NCBI GenBank assembly: GCA_002633005.1
Contig: NMRA01000114.1
Coordinates: 522,835-586,834 of the forward strand
Direction of reading: 5' to 3'
Source: Phoronis australis
Taxonomy: Eukaryota > Animalia > Phoronida
Length of the DNA stretch: 64,000 nt
Under the pieces are notes generated by a model. The model did not search any database and was not told the origin of the DNA. It saw nothing but the letters and a program-made list of their open reading frames with translations. This document shows positions 1 to 14,820 of the stretch, one piece after another. Each line of letters opens with the position of its first letter. The stretch's first letter is position 1. The position numbers and the translations under genes were made by a program.

Positions 1-817
1 AAACAGTCGTTTTTAAGGTGTGCAAAAACGCATCTTGCAATAATGCAATGATTCAAACCTTTACGTCTCTATGTAAACAGTTAAATTTCTGTAAAAGTTC
101 TTGAATTTGGGACACTCTTCTACAATCTGGGACATGGAAGCTCCCACATAAAATTGAATTTTCTTGATTCTGGAATTTATGACAAGGGTGGTTTTGGTGT
201 TCACCATATTTCTCAAACTTTGAACAATGTATTTTCAATCTACAGAGTGGGTAATTTAACTATCTTTCCACCGATTCTTGAATTGGGATGGCCAGTATTG
301 CCTATTTCTAAAATTTGGAACAAGCTCCAACCTTGAGAAAAATAAAAAATTTCAGTCCCAAATTAGAAAATTTTTTACTGCATTTTTCAATTTGAGTCCT
401 CTTCTTCAATGGAATTAACAACAAACAAATTATATCAAAGTTTTATTTTCACATCCTTAAATATGTGTCATTTGTATACACAAATATTTACACAAAATTA
501 CATAATTTCTGGGAATTATCACAGGGGCATCGATAAAGGAATGTACTACATTTTTTTTTAAAAAATTGATTAAAACCTAACAATGTGTGACTAAAACCTT
601 ACGATTGATGATCACGATTGAAGTGCAGAAATTGAATGAAAAGTATTCAAAAAATTTCTTAAAAAATATTGAATAGAAAAGCTAGGGAACTTCGGAAATA
701 AAGAAAACATTGAATGGGCAAAATATCACTATCTTCACTTTGATGTAAACCCATGGACCTGCTTTGCGATCTTCGAATCCCTTTACATCTGTAAACAAAT
801 AGGATACTGCAAACTAA

Positions 818-3800
818 TCACTGCACTGTCACTGGTGGCAGTTTGCCACCAGATGGCGGCCTGTTAGAAATATTGCTCTCCAGTTCGTTCATCTGAAACC
901 TCAACTTTTTTATTTCTGATTTCTGCATTTCTATGATTCTGTTCCTTTCCTCCAGATCTCTCTCCATCATGGCGTTCTTGTTCTGTGATGTAACTGCCGC
1001 CAGCGTTGCCGTGGCGTCCTGGTTGTTCTGTCTATGTAGGCCAAGGGCAGCCTCAAGGTCGTGCACCTGAGTACGCGCTATCTTCAGCTCTCGCCGCAGG
1101 TCATTAATTTCTTTGATTAGGGAAACATTTTCCTGAAACAAATTATTAAGACACGTCAGATTTAATGCGTAAACCACTAAATTCCTGAAAAAATTAATAA
1201 TCCGACACAGATGTTTCTAAAAAGTGTCAAATTTAAACATTGTAATTTTTGCTCTGACATCAAAGAATGAAAATTCAATATCAAATTTGAAAACTTCAAG
1301 TAATTATGTCACTGATAGTCAACTCCTAACTCCTGCAGTGTTTTTATCTTTTGAAACACTGAAGTGACAATGCAAACTGTTATGGCAGTAGACATACATT
1401 GACCATAACAATCACTTTCTAATTAAGAATCCAGCCAAAGGATACGTACCTGCATAATACGGACATTGTCAGCACGATGGATCTCCGTGTCTTTGGCCAA
1501 CTTCTTTCGAAGAGAGGCTACAGACCTCTCCAGATGTTCCCGTTGCCTGCTGTACTCTTTTTGTATGTCTGCATCCACGCTGGCCGACTCGGTCTGTGAA
1601 AGAGAATTGAAAAGAGTGAGCGACTGCATTTAAAAACCTTGAACAGAAATGATGAGTCACCTGCGCAGAGCAATAGTTCTTAAATTGGCACTAAATCCAT
1701 GCTTTCTGTCAAAATGCAAATTTTGATTTCGTGATCATGAAAAGTCACTTTTAATTAACATTTTGGACGAGTCCTGAAGCGTTATACCAAAATTGAGACA
1801 GGTAGCGTGAACGTATTGCTGGCCTCAACCTTTGGGGGGCCCTAAGCTAGATTTGAGTAAGGGCCACCTTTATTGAAGACTGCATTTTAAGAAGTTCCTT
1901 TGTCCCTGAGGGGGCTCTAAGCAGTAGTACAGTGGTTGGACAGACGATGCGTGCAGGTCATGTTTTTACTCACAATAATCTGTAATTGACAATTATTTTT
2001 TCTTGCATTTCTTACAAGTCACTTTATTGCTACAACTTCAAAACAAAATTGACTTACAATATCTTCTTGTACGTGTTTCTGGTATAGCGCCTTGATACTT
2101 TCTTTGAGCATCTTGGGATCCTGTATGTAGCCAACGCAGTTGTGCAGATCTGTTTTGAACCTCCTAACAACCGCCTCAACATCACGCACCTAAAATAATA
2201 AACAATGGAACAGTTTTCATTCATGACTTTCAAGAAAGATAATTTCATATTTAAATTACTTTGGCCTAAGCAAGACCACTGTTTACCAACTCCTAAACAT
2301 TGCACCAAAAGTAACAATGAAATTTGTAGACCTTAGAGAGGATTTTGATACCATCCATCATGTTGTACTTACCCGTTGTCTTTCCTGGTGCATTTCCTTA
2401 TCAGTTGCCCTTAGTTTCTGCCTCAGCTCAGTGATGTTGAGCTCCAGCTGTGTATTCTGTTTGTGGAAACGTTCCAACTCGCTTTCCATCTGCAAACAGG
2501 TTGAAGTAACTAGTTGTGAATTCCCATTCTTATGTGTTGGAAAGTGAACATGATCAGTTTTTATCTATTACAAAATGTCTGAAACACAATGCCTCTTTTC
2601 ATGCTGGTTTTCTGAGCATGTTCTCTGCATGAATGCAAAGTGAAAAATATGGAATTTATTTTATTTTATAAATGTGTAGTAAATCTATGGATAATTTGCT
2701 TAAAAATACTTAGTTTTGTACATCAATTAGTATCATTTTGTGGTTATATTGCATTACTATTTTTTCCAGTCATTCAAATATTTAACCAATCACTGATCAT
2801 ATATGTAAAAAACTATGAAGACAAACCTCCTGAATCTGTTCTTTCATTGACTTGATGTCATTTTCACGAGGCTCAATCTGCTTCTTTAGTTCTTTAATCT
2901 TGTAGTCGAGCACAAACTTGAACTTTTCTAATTCCTGATTCTTTTTCTTCAGGTCGTATATTCTCTTTTCCTGCAAATACAAACAGTTTGTTTTTAAGGA
3001 CACTGACAATAATCAACTTGCTTCTGGCTTGAAATCACATGTTCAAATTTTGAAAGAACAAAATTTATTCAGTGTATAAACTAATTACAACCAGAATGGA
3101 ACAACGGAACATTATAAAGTAATTTATGGGCAGCAAATCTTTTTTGATGTTTTGTCTTTATTTTATTCAAATGCATTGAGCTCCATAATCGCCATGGACG
3201 AAACATGGAAAACAGCAGTATGACTCCGTTTAGAGTTAATATGTAACACCGAAACAAAGCAGAACTTGAAAATTAAACAATATACATGACTGTGCAAAAG
3301 CAACAACCACATTATTTGTGCAGACAATAGTAACACTATGTATGCACAGGCGATAGGACGAAATTCAACCTACCTTATCCTGAATGGTTTCATCCCGCTC
3401 TTGAATCTCCTTCTTCAGACCAACAATGTCCTTCTCCAAGTTGCGAATAACGTTGTTCAGCTTCTGCGTCTCCTGCTGATACTTCTTGATCTCTTCCTTG
3501 TGATCGTCTATTTCTTTTTGCAAACTTGAAAACTGTTAATGAAATGAAAGGCAAATAAGATTTGCACTCAGAGTACAAGGAAAAATGATGAACATTAACA
3601 TTCATGTATCACTTGAAAATATTTTTGGTATTCTGCTAAGCAACAAAGCAACTATAAATTTTATTGTGACAACTTTAATTTGTAAAAAGGTAAAAGTCAC
3701 ACAAAATTACCTTTTTTCGCATGATGCCAGTTTCACCCTTCAACCGACTGTTGGCCTCCTTTTCATCTCGAAGCCGGCGCTCATATTTATTCTTGATGTC

Positions 3801-6800
3801 GAGAATTTCGCGGTCTGCATCTTCTTCAATTTGCCGTTTTGTTTCTTCATTCTCTTTTGACTGCTGCTGCTTCTCATCGTTAGACTACAATCAAAAGTCA
3901 AAATCATGAACTTTTACTTAACTGCAGACATTTATTTTAACTGTGACTTTAGACTCTGTTCATGCCAACTGGTATTTTATACTTTTTTAATTGACAAAGG
4001 AAAACTCAAGTGTTTTGAGACTTGATCTATAATATTTGCACACAAATCACAAATTTCATATTTTTCCCTTGTCACCCATATTGCCTGGTCACCACCTGTT
4101 GCCGAACAAATCATCCATTTGCCCTGCAAATCATCACCCTAAAATGACCCCGAAAGCTTCACCTTTGTACATGATTATTTGTGTGTGCACAACAGACAAT
4201 ATGATAAAATCCAAACTTTCAATTCACCACGACTAGAGCTGGCCTATCAAACCAATAAAGAACTGCTCATCCCAGCTTGATTTCCTCAAGTAGTGCACAG
4301 AAGTAGTGCTAGACACATCAACAGACCGTCACAAACAAAAATCACAATCCCCCTCACCTGCTCCAGCTGAGTGGTCTTCTCTGAAAGCTTAGTCTCGTAG
4401 TACTCTGTCAGCTCCTCCAGGGCGCGTTCTCTGCTCTCCTCCATTTCCTGCAGCTGCCTTTCATACTCTTCCTGCATTTTCTGCGACTTGGCCTGCAGCT
4501 CCTGGTACTTCTCATACTCAAGCATCAGTTTCTGGTTATTGGCAGACTCTGAATGTGAAGCATGGTATTTTAATATGGTGATCATTTAACATTTTCCCAT
4601 ACTCCAGTGTCAGCTAAAATTTCACTCTTTATGCCACAATCCTTTACTTTCCCTGCTGCTACCTATACANNNNNNNNNNNNNNNNNNNNNNNNNNNNNNN
4701 NNNNNNNNNNNNNNNNNNNNNNNNNNNNNNNNNNNNNNNNNNNNNNNNNNNNNNNNNNNNNNNNNNNNNNNNNNNNNNNNNNNNNNNNNNNNNNNNNNNN
4801 NNNNNNNNNNNNNNNNNNNNNNNNNNNNNNNNNNNNNNNNNNNNNNNNNNNNNNNNNNNNNNNNNNNNNNNNNNNNNNNNNNNNNNNNNNNNNNNNNNNN
4901 NNNNNNNNNNNNNNNNNNNNNNNNNNNNNNNNNNNNNNNNNNNNNNNNNNNNNNNNNNNNNNNNNNNNNNNNNNNNNNNNNNNNNNNNNNNNNNNNNNNN
5001 NNNNTTTTTGACAATATTGGACAAGACAACTAGTTCTTGTCTGTCAATCATCTAAGTTCTTAACAGGTCCTCCTGGAGGCAATTTGTTTGCAAGTGTTGG
5101 ATTTTATATTTTAACCTATTAAAAATAATTAAAAAATTATGGGTCATGGGTTGGAGAAATAAATGAAAAATATGGGCGGTGGGTACGAAATAAAAGTGCC
5201 TTCCCCCCCTCCCATACAGGTTTTGCTGGAACAGCCCTAAAGTAATCTATGGGCAGCAAATCATTTTTGATGTTTTGTCTTAACATGTCTTGAGCTCCAG
5301 ACTGGCCATGGACAAAACACGGAAAACAGCAGTATGACTCATTTCAGAGTTAACATGTAAATCGAAACAAAGCAGGACTTGAAAATTGAAGAATATACAT
5401 GTGCTTAAGCAACAACCACATTACTTGTGCACAGGCAATAGCAACACTATCTATGCACAGGCGATAGGACGAAATTCAACCTACCTTATCCTGAATGGTT
5501 TCATCCCGCTCTTGAATCTCCTTTTTCAGACCAACAATGTCCTTCTCCAAGTTGCGGATAACGTTGTTCAGCTTCTGTGTCTCCTGCTGATACTTCTTGA
5601 TCTCTTCCTTGTGATCGTCTATTTCTTTTTGCAAACTTGAAAACTGTTGAATGAAATGAAATTCAAATAAGATTTGCACTCAGAGTTCAAGCAAAAATGA
5701 TGTACATTCACATTCATGTACCACTTGAAAATATATTCGGTATTCTGCTAAGCAACAAAGCAACTCTAAATTTTATTGTGACAACTTTTGTGAATAGGTA
5801 AAAAGTCACACAAAATTACCTTTTTTCGCATGATGCCAGTTTCACCCTTCAACCGACTATTGGCCTCCTTTTCATCTCGTAGCCTGCGCTCATATTTATT
5901 CTTGATGTCGAGAATTTCGCGGTCTGCATCTTCTTCAATTTGCCGTTTTGTTTCTTCATTCTCTTTTGACTGCTGCTGCTTCTCATCGTTAGACTACAAT
6001 CAAAAGTCAAAATCATGAAATTTTACTTAACTGCAGACACTTTTTTAACTGTGACTTTAGACTCTGTTCATGCCAACTGGTATTTTACAATTTTTTTTAA
6101 TTGGTAAGGGAAAACTCAAGTGTTTTGAGACCTAAAGAAAAGACTTGATCTATAACATTTGCACACACTTCACAAATTTCATATTTTTCCCTTGTCACCC
6201 ATATTGCCTGGTCACCACATGTTGCCCAACAAATCATTCATTTGCCCTGCAAATCATCACCCTAAAATGACCCCAAAAGCTTCACCTTTGTACATGATTA
6301 TTTGTGTGTGCACAACAGACAATATGATTAATTCCAAATCTAAATTTTCAATTCACCAAGACTAGAGCCGGCATCATCAAACCAATAAAAAACTGATCAT
6401 CCCAGCTTGATTTCCTCAAGTAGTGCACAGAAGTGGTGCTAGACACATCAACAGTCCGTCACAAACAAAAATCACAATCCCCCTCACCTGCTCCAGCTGA
6501 GTGGTCTTCTCTGAAAGCTTGGTCTCATAGTACTCTGTCAGCTCCTCCAGGGCGCGCTCTCTGCTCTCCTCCATTTCCTGCAGCTGTCTTTCATACTCTT
6601 CCTGCATTTTCTGCGACTTGGCCTGCAGCTCCTGGTACTTCTCATACTCAAGCATCAGTTTCTGGTTATTGGCAGACTCTGAATGTGAAGCATGGTATTT
6701 TAATATGGTGATCATTTAACATTTTCCCATACTCCAGTGTCAGCTAAAATTTCACTCTTTATGCCACAATCCTTTACTTTCCCTGCTGCTACCTATACAT

Positions 6801-9800
6801 TATTGTGAGACATCTCAAAATTACCCCCATTATCTCCTGTACTCAACTTTTATGCCACTTGACCTACATGCGCCCCACTCCCCCACAGACTAATCCTGAT
6901 CTCACTCCACTAGCACTCACTGCCCCACTTTGGCCTCCCACTGCAATTCCCCTCCCACTCACTCAAGTTTCCGCTCCTACTCACCCCNNNNNNNNNNNNN
7001 NNNNNNNNNNNNNNNNNNNNNNNNNNNNNNNNNNNNCACCTGGTTCTTTGTCTTCAGCGACTCCATCTCCTGGATGAACTTCTCCGTAAGCTCCTTAATC
7101 TTCTCGTTGTAGTTCATGTCCTTCAGTCGCAGCTGATACTCATTCTCCATCTTCAACTCGTCCACTCGCGTCTTCAGCTCAGTCATCATAGAGTTCTGTC
7201 AACATAGAGATAATTAAGAAATTGCACAGCTGTCATACTGCCATGTTAAATAGAAAGAAAATGAAAACTATGATGACATAGGATGTAATCCACTGTCATG
7301 CAATCCCTCCCACCATTTTCAATGTCTTCCAAAGTCTGTCCTACCAAATGTCCATATGCAAGAAAATTTTGAGCATTGCTACAGTAGGCCTACTACTCAA
7401 CAACAAGAATTGGGAAAATGAAAACTTAAAAAGAATAAACAAAATTTCAAACAAGTATAACACTTGTTAAGAGAAACACAACACCTAAGAGCAGATGAAA
7501 CATTTCAGCAAAATTAACAACTTTTCGTTCGTCAGCAAAATTAAAAACAATTATGGAGATTTTAAATTTCTGTCAAGGCCATTAATATAAACGTGATCAC
7601 AATTTGCACTGACCTTTTCCTCAAGGTCACTTTTAGTGATGAGGATCTCTTCAGCCCATCCCACTTCCTTGTCCCTCTTAAGGCCACGCCCCTCCTTATC
7701 CTGGATTTTCCACATCATGATGGAGGCATCCTCAGACACAGTCACGAGATATTGGTCGTCAAATGTGATTTTCATCTAGATGGAGAAATGTAACGAGTTA
7801 GAAGACACATAGTAACACCACACGAAAACAAAGTGTTATAAAATCTGCTGAGACGAATCGAACACATCACGAAGCATGGTGTTTTCAGAGATATGGAATT
7901 GCATGAATAATGTTGAAATATGTTTACAAATAATCTTTGAGAAAGTTTAAACACGTGATGACATTACTGTTTTAATGTTGTACATTTTATAGTCATTTTA
8001 AAAAGGAAACAAGAATGAAACCATCACTGCTAATTCACACAACTCCAAGATGCCACAGACTTCACGATCATTGGATTACTCAACTCAAGTATTTCAATAA
8101 CCGACTAGACACAAGACTAGACACCAGCTGGCCAACTTCAAACTCTATAAATCATTGGCCACACTTCATACCTTAGCAATGCCACTGCTGTGACCCTGGT
8201 ACTCAACCCATTCACCAGGCGATGTAAGGGGAAACTTCATTGACCTCAGCGTTCCGACTCCAGTACCAGCGAACAGCATGCGACCCGAGTGGGACATGGC
8301 GACAGAGGTCAAGGTGGCGTCTGTAGCATCAACGTCACGCAAGATCTGGAGAATAGAAGAGATATGTAAATACAAGACTGACTAGATCCATGAATGTATT
8401 ACACAAGAACCAAAAGGCACAAATCTAACAGACCCTAGAAGCAACTTTTGTTAAAAGCAACAAAATTTCAAAATTATTGTAAATAAGATCAGCGACTTGT
8501 CACAACTCTAAGGAGAATTAATGAATGCAACAATTCAAACTGTTATTCAGATTGAATCATGAAGAATCTCAAAAGAAACTGATTTAAAAAAAATGTCCTG
8601 CAAATACCACATCACATATCAAAACGACACGTACATGACACTTTTGAATACTGGAAACATGTTGTTTATGGAAGATGCCAGATTCAACCAAACAGACCTA
8701 CCTGTGAGTCAGAGATTTCCTTCAGGGTGCGATCAGAGCCGACGGCAAAGGTTGTCTTGCCGTCAGGAGTGATGGCAACGCCGGAGTAGCTACAAGCCTT
8801 GAGCACACTTTCACCCACTCGTTTCCCAGTGACTGTGTCCCATTCATACACTGCACCGTCCATGCCACACGAGACCAGTTTGGAGTCGTCGGCGCTCCAG
8901 ACAATTGAGCGGACCTTGCCGTTGTGCCCCTTGAAGTTTTGAATGTTCTCAAACGTTCCCGTCGAGTAGATCTGTATCACAGTGCCATGGACTGCAGCAA
9001 ACAGGTGTCCACCATTGCTGAATGCACACTGGAATTATAAAATATATGTTGTCATGGCAAAGTCTAACCTAAGGCTTCTACCTATGAATACCAGCTATAG
9101 ATGGAATTGTAAAACATTATCTGCCTTTCCACCTGTATTATTCATTCATGTTTGACCATAGGTCACTCCACCAATGCTTTCTATATATGTCCTTCGCAAC
9201 GTACAGTCTGTTGGTTTAAAAATTTCATTCAGTACCCGAGCGTTTTCAACAAGCTACAAGCCAACGTCAATTTATGTGAATATTAAACACCAGACACCCT
9301 GAATCACCAGCTAATATAGAAAGCTGTTTTTTCAGAATCCTAAAACCCCAATGCAATAACACTATCAACACTTCTATAGCCTAGCCTCACCTCCCTACAT
9401 CCTCTGATGGTGAACTCCTTGAAGGTTCTAATATCGTCAATCAATAGGTTCATCAGTCGCAGCTTGTCACTGAATCCCACCAGTATGTACAGACCACTAG
9501 GGTGCAGTGCGATACTATAGGCCTCCTCAGCAAACTCTTTGTACAATTCTAGGTTGCTGAAAAATGACAGACATGCGCACTGCAATGATGGAGTTTAAAA
9601 TGAGATAAGAAAACAAGTATAGGAGCAAAAAGATATTTCATCCAGCAGTTTTGCAGATTGCTTGACACAAAACTTCTTACTTCCCCACGCATTTTTTTGA
9701 GCTGATTACAGTGATGTAGCTTTCTGAGCAAGCACGATTTACAAATAAAGGACATCACAGCTGGTTCACACTGGGATGAGTACCATACAGCAATTAAAGA

Positions 9801-12800
9801 CATTTGCGGCAATCTTCGATTAAAAAAAGGAGACAGAATATTCTCCCACAATTCAACACTCCAATCTCGCCGAACAATCGATTCTGAATCAGTGGCGGCC
9901 ATTTTGCAAGTCTATATGCTACCAAGGCACTGAGTTCATGCATGAAATGCTTGGCTTTTACTAGCATGATTTTCCATGGTCTTGTGTGACACAAGAACCT
10001 CATGCTACCAAACACATCACAGGTGAACTACTGACGAATGGCATCAATCTTTTCATTATCAGACTCACCAGTTTTCAAAGTTCCAGATGCGCACCGACCT
10101 GTCCATGGAACAGGTGGCAATAAGTGGCTTCCTAATGCAGACGTCGAGACCGGTCACCTGACCATGATGGAAGGCCTGCGACAGGAACTCAAACTTGGCC
10201 ATGTCACCTTGCTGCAAGAAAACGGACAATACCACATGATGGGATATTGGGACAATGATAGTTATGTAACAGTAACAGGCTGTAGTCACTGAACACATGA
10301 ATTTGATCAGAATTACTTGACAGAAAGTGTACGCAAAGTAAACTAGGTATCTTAATCTAAGCAACGCATGACTGCATGCAAAGTAAGGTGTTTGCATGCA
10401 ATAAGACAAAAAAGGGTTAAGGAGGAACTTTTTATGCAAAGATAATAAATGTCTTTAGCATTTGATCATCACAATTAATTTAGTTCAAGTATTTAAAGCA
10501 ACTCTTAGAAACCATGCTTGCATTTCCCAGGTATCAGGAGACTGTTTAGTCAAAGGTTGCAAATCCACTCTGAGATGGGCAAAACTTCAATTTTCATTTT
10601 GCAAGCAGTTCATAAACATGAAGGTGGTAGTTCAATCTCAATATGAAAAATTACTAACTTAACATCATTCAGCATTGGGTTCACGTACTTATTACCGTCT
10701 TTGTTATGAACCGATGGACAACATTTGATGCAATTTGTCCTAGATATGCCTGAGAAGTACAAGCTTGATGGCACCACAGTGTCAAAAACAATTAAATGCA
10801 AAAATTTACAACAATTCACTGATCAGACAATCAATGTCATCATGGTGTTGGCGATATCACATAATCAAACCTATTCAGTGGAAAAATCTTGACATTTCAC
10901 TCAACTACATCCACAAAATGATTAACCGCGACTCTACACCTTACCTTGCCAAGGTCAGCACTAGATAGTGTGATACAGTACAACTGGCTCTGGTCAGTGG
11001 CTGCAATTAGCGTCTCTTCAGATGGACTAACAGACATACTGGTGATCAGCTGCTGGTTGACTCTGTTAGGGTCAGTGCTGTTATGGTCAGCAGGAATCTG
11101 TAGTCACCAGAGAGAAGATTTCACTTGAGGATAATGGTCAATTACACACTTACATACTAGTTGGCTATTGAACAATTGGTTCAGGGATTGAATTTAGCAT
11201 GAGCGTATGAAACAAAATGCCTGTGACTTCGCCAATTTTGGGTGAGGACTTCACAGCAAGAAGCACGGAAATGCTTGCAGTTTTTTGTTTTAACTGTATC
11301 TTAAAACAGTGAAAAGCTTTTGATTTATTGATTTTGCATTTGCATTGTGTTTCAAAGGTCAGAAAAAAATGTTTGTCAGATAAAAACCATTTACAACAAG
11401 ATGTCAAAAATTTCAAAAAATATAAAAAGTGGTCTGTGAAAATTAATTCAATAGTGTTTGACAACATAGACAGAAAGGAGATTCCTATTTAGTTTGCCAT
11501 TCAGAAGAAAAACCTCAATATTTAATGCTTTTTGTTGACTTTATTGGACAAGAAAAAAACTCACTGATATATTTTCATATGACAAAAACATCATCTGCTT
11601 CGCTTTCAAAGCAATGTAAGGCAACTTTAACTAATGTGTTTATCTCTTTATAGAAAGCAGTAAGAGAGTGAACCTTTATTTCTTTGGCCTTTTTGAAGAA
11701 CTCTTTGTCATCTGTTTTCTCATACATTAACACGGTGCCTGGTCCACAGGCGCACGCGAACCCCTTGGAGTAGGCCACAAGCGACGTGATCTGCGGGGGA
11801 CCGGACGATGCAGCGTCATTGCTATCTCTGTAACATGAACACAGAAGCACAGGATTAGCATACATTCACACAACACATGGATTTGTGTATAATAGAAAAA
11901 CTATAGGACATCTGGCATGACTTGTAATAACTAAGAACATGAGTTCCATAAGTGAAGATATTACTGAGACCACAGGCATAGCACGGAGGGACATAGGTGA
12001 AATTGTTGGCCATCGTGGGAAGTGTCAATATGGGGGCATTTTGTAATGAACATAGTTGTGGTAAATGCAAAATTGAAATGAGTTTGTACCAGAGAGTGAA
12101 ACATCCCCCACCCCTCTGTGGCTACACCAGTGACCAAGACCAGTAAATTGTGCACTAAATATTGTATTAATTACTTACACATTGACTGTTGGAACACTCG
12201 CAGCTGACTTACTCGTCCTAGAAATTAGTCAGAGCAGGAAAGAATGAATAGTTAGAGAATGCAGCTGAGATTCAAAACAAACACACAACAGAATAATAGC
12301 AAAAAATGCACGACAGACAGGGAAATATGAAACAGAACAGAACATAAAAAAGATTGAAAAGAAAAAGTTTCTCACAGTCACACAAACAAAAATATTAAAT
12401 TTTGAGGGAGGAACATCTTTGGCATGAATGCTAAAAGGCAAAACACCATGCAATACTGTTGATAAGACGAAAACTTACTTGTCTTTTAGCTCAGTGGTCA
12501 AGTTGAACTCGTGTTTGAATTCTCCTGATTCAAACAGAAGCAGTTTGCCATTGTCAGTCCCGACGATGACTCGCTCGTCTGACACCCACGCTTGGCACAG
12601 GAAGTTCTGCAGATCCATCTTCTGGAAGGCAAACTGTTTCAGGTTGCCCTCACTGTAGCGGAACAGCTTGAACACCTGGTTACCCACGACGCACAGCTGG
12701 GTGTTGTCTTGTGGGTTGAACGTGACCTGCAAAAGAGGGTTGACAAGTCAACATTTCACACACTCTTATATGACTCCATTTTCCATAACATTGTCAAAAT

Positions 12801-13501
12801 AAAATCAAATGCTTTTCAGGGGTGGGGGAAACAACTTCAAAAATAAAGACTTTCAATACCTTTACAACATTGTGTTCTCAAGTTACTTCTTTCTTTTATA
12901 TGAAGAGCATTCCCACAGTTGAGTAGTGTCAACATCTAACGATTGTCTAAATTTGACCTCAGAATGTATTACACAAGCTGAAGCATAAATGTCACAAGTG
13001 CAGGTATGCTGTTTTTAAGTATAAATACTTTACCTGGTACACAGGGTTGTTATTTTGAGTGCTGGTCTTCGTTGAGGCCATAATCTTGGACTTTTCCCAC
13101 GTCCAATACACCAGCGTCCAGTCTGGGGCGCCACCTTGTGCCACAAGATACTTCGAGTCGGGCGAGAATGCCATGCTGACGAATTCAGGTGACTGAACAT
13201 CGCTAGAACTCAGCACTTTTCTGCGTCTCAGTGAGTGCAGATCGTAAATAGTAATAGTTGCTTTCTCGTTCCTTTCAGCAATGGCTACATAACGCCTGTT
13301 AGGGCTGACCGCCATTGACGACATTCCCGTGCTTTTATCCGAGCCCGGGATGAACTTCTGTTGTTTCTGGTCAATGTTGAATAGGATGCAGTTAGCACCC
13401 GATGGATACACAATAGTTTGTTCATCTTGATAGGCGATGTTGCTTGCAACCCCCGACTTTAAGCCAAATATGTGGCGTGGTTGGGCAATGGCAATCGACA
13501 T
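818..13501 (-). CDS. CFAP57: Cilia- and flagella-associated protein 57 (WDR65): WD40 N-terminus plus long coiled-coil C-terminus, multi-exon
   Basis: Coding exons with GT-AG boundaries read by hand (minus strand): 13501-13034, 12726-12479, 11827-11674, 11097-10945, 10211-10069, 9556-9391, 9028-8702, 8345-8172, 7775-7614, 7195-7040, 6678-6488, 5993-5820, 5643-5485 (the last three are duplicated at 4548-4358, 3884-3711, 3532-3374), 2970-2827, 2489-2373, 2189-2058, 1593-1450, 1132-818. Peptides such as [79 protein letters not shown] and [16 protein letters not shown] match CFAP57 as I know it. A phase mismatch at 7040/6678 implies coding sequence hidden in the 6988-7036 gap. Confidence 0.95.
3115..6799. 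repeat. Near-identical direct duplication (about 3115-4669 vs about 5238-6799) of three CFAP57 exons across an N-gap; likely uncollapsed haplotypes
   Basis: The copies flank gap 4670-5003. The exon differences I checked are all synonymous (e.g. ATT/ATC, ACG/ACA, CGG/AGG, AAC/AAT). The introns carry SNPs and small indels. Confidence 0.85.
12179..12217 (-). CDS. Candidate 39-nt symmetric (phase 2-2) microexon of CFAP57
   Basis: Minus strand: CTAAC/CTGAC branch-like motifs and a pyrimidine tract ending TTTCTAG, then 39 nt open in the CFAP57 frame ([12 protein letters not shown]), then GTAAGT. Confidence 0.55.
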
Positions 13502-14511
13502 GTTGACGTCTGTTTATGTCAACCCTGAAATAACATAACCCTGAACATTAAGCGGATGAATACCTCAATCTCTCTTACAGAGTAAAAACATGCCAGAATG
13601 TTGCTCCAGAAAAATTAGGTTAACAGTACTGCACTTAAACTAAAACTTTATTAGTCTGAAATTGTATAGGTCTGGCCTCAGTCATCTTTTTATACACTCC
13701 CATCCTGGGTCAGGATGTCAAGCACATTGAAAGCAATATATAAAATTTCTCTGACTGTTAATATCAATTGCAACTGTTGGAAGGTGATTTGCTATGAATT
13801 ATGAGTGATGTCTAGCTGCAGGGTTGGAAGAATCTGATGATGTTGCAAATTTCAAAGCTATTATCCTCTAACTACACATGAGTTGAAACTGTTATGAATT
13901 GAAATACTGTCAACTTCAATAAATTAACTCAAAAGGTTACAGCTTACAAGCATAGCTTAGGTCAAATGTAAGTTAGAAGTAAGAAGCAGTTCTTGAATTT
14001 TGCACTGGAATGTGACAAGAAACTGTCTTCCATAGCGTAGTATTAGGAAAAGCAAGACCGCCTCTGGCAGAGGTAGGTAGGTCAGCATTAACTATTGCCT
14101 ACATTTTTGTTGTGGGCTTCCAAAGTGGCTCTCACAGTCCAGTTTGCAACCAGATACCAAGAGACACAACACGCAGGCAACTAATTATTCAATGACTCTT
14201 CTCGAGATTACTTTTTTCGTCTTCTTACTCACCGTATATTACTATCACAGTCATTAGCACTGATCGCGGTCAGTCAATGTCGACGAATTATGACTACAGA
14301 CTACAGTATTTGAACATGTTGTTGTCACCAACACTGTTCAATTGTCAGGTTTATCAACCAATAAAAAGCCTAAATTCAAGTTCGTTTGCCTAATAAATGC
14401 ACACGCAATTTCATAAACTAGTTACTTACCCAATTAGAATTAAAAATTTACTATAATTCGGCAGTATTTCATTAGCGTTCAATAACTCTCATACAAGTGT
14501 TTGCTACCTCT

Positions 14512-14526
14512 GTTGCCAGGAGTAAC
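14512..14526. promoter_or_regulatory. RFX X-box in the CFAP57/ALKBH7 divergent promoter
   Basis: GTTGCC-AGG-AGTAAC matches GTNRCC(N0-3)RGYAAC. It lies about 85 bp upstream of a minus-strand GTAAGT donor near 14429 (candidate CFAP57 non-coding exon). RFX control of ciliary genes is established. An adjacent TGCGCATG (about 14531-14538) is an NRF1-like half site. Confidence 0.7.
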
Positions 14527-14820
14527 CTACTGCGCATGATTTTCTGCGCACATCGCTAAATGAAATATAAAACAACAACTGCTTTTAAAGCATTTTCTGC
14601 TCCAAATTAAAATTATTTGTTAATGTATTTCCTAAAGTTAGACATATGTCAGTTGGTTTAGTTCTTATTCGCGTAATTATCTGAATATTGGTGGCAAATT
14701 TTAATTTTTACTGTTTTGTGCGACAAAATGGAGGTCAAAACAAAGAAGCTCTCACGTTAAAACATTACAAACGTGTTCTTTATCAAATGTCGTGGAGTGA
14801 GATGTCCAATCTGGTATAAC

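Noticed and set aside
3374-6678. Real tandem exon duplication or mutually exclusive exons in CFAP57
   Set aside because: The copies abut a gap, differ only synonymously where checked, and have near-identical introns. The three visible exons total 524 nt, so including both sets would shift the frame.
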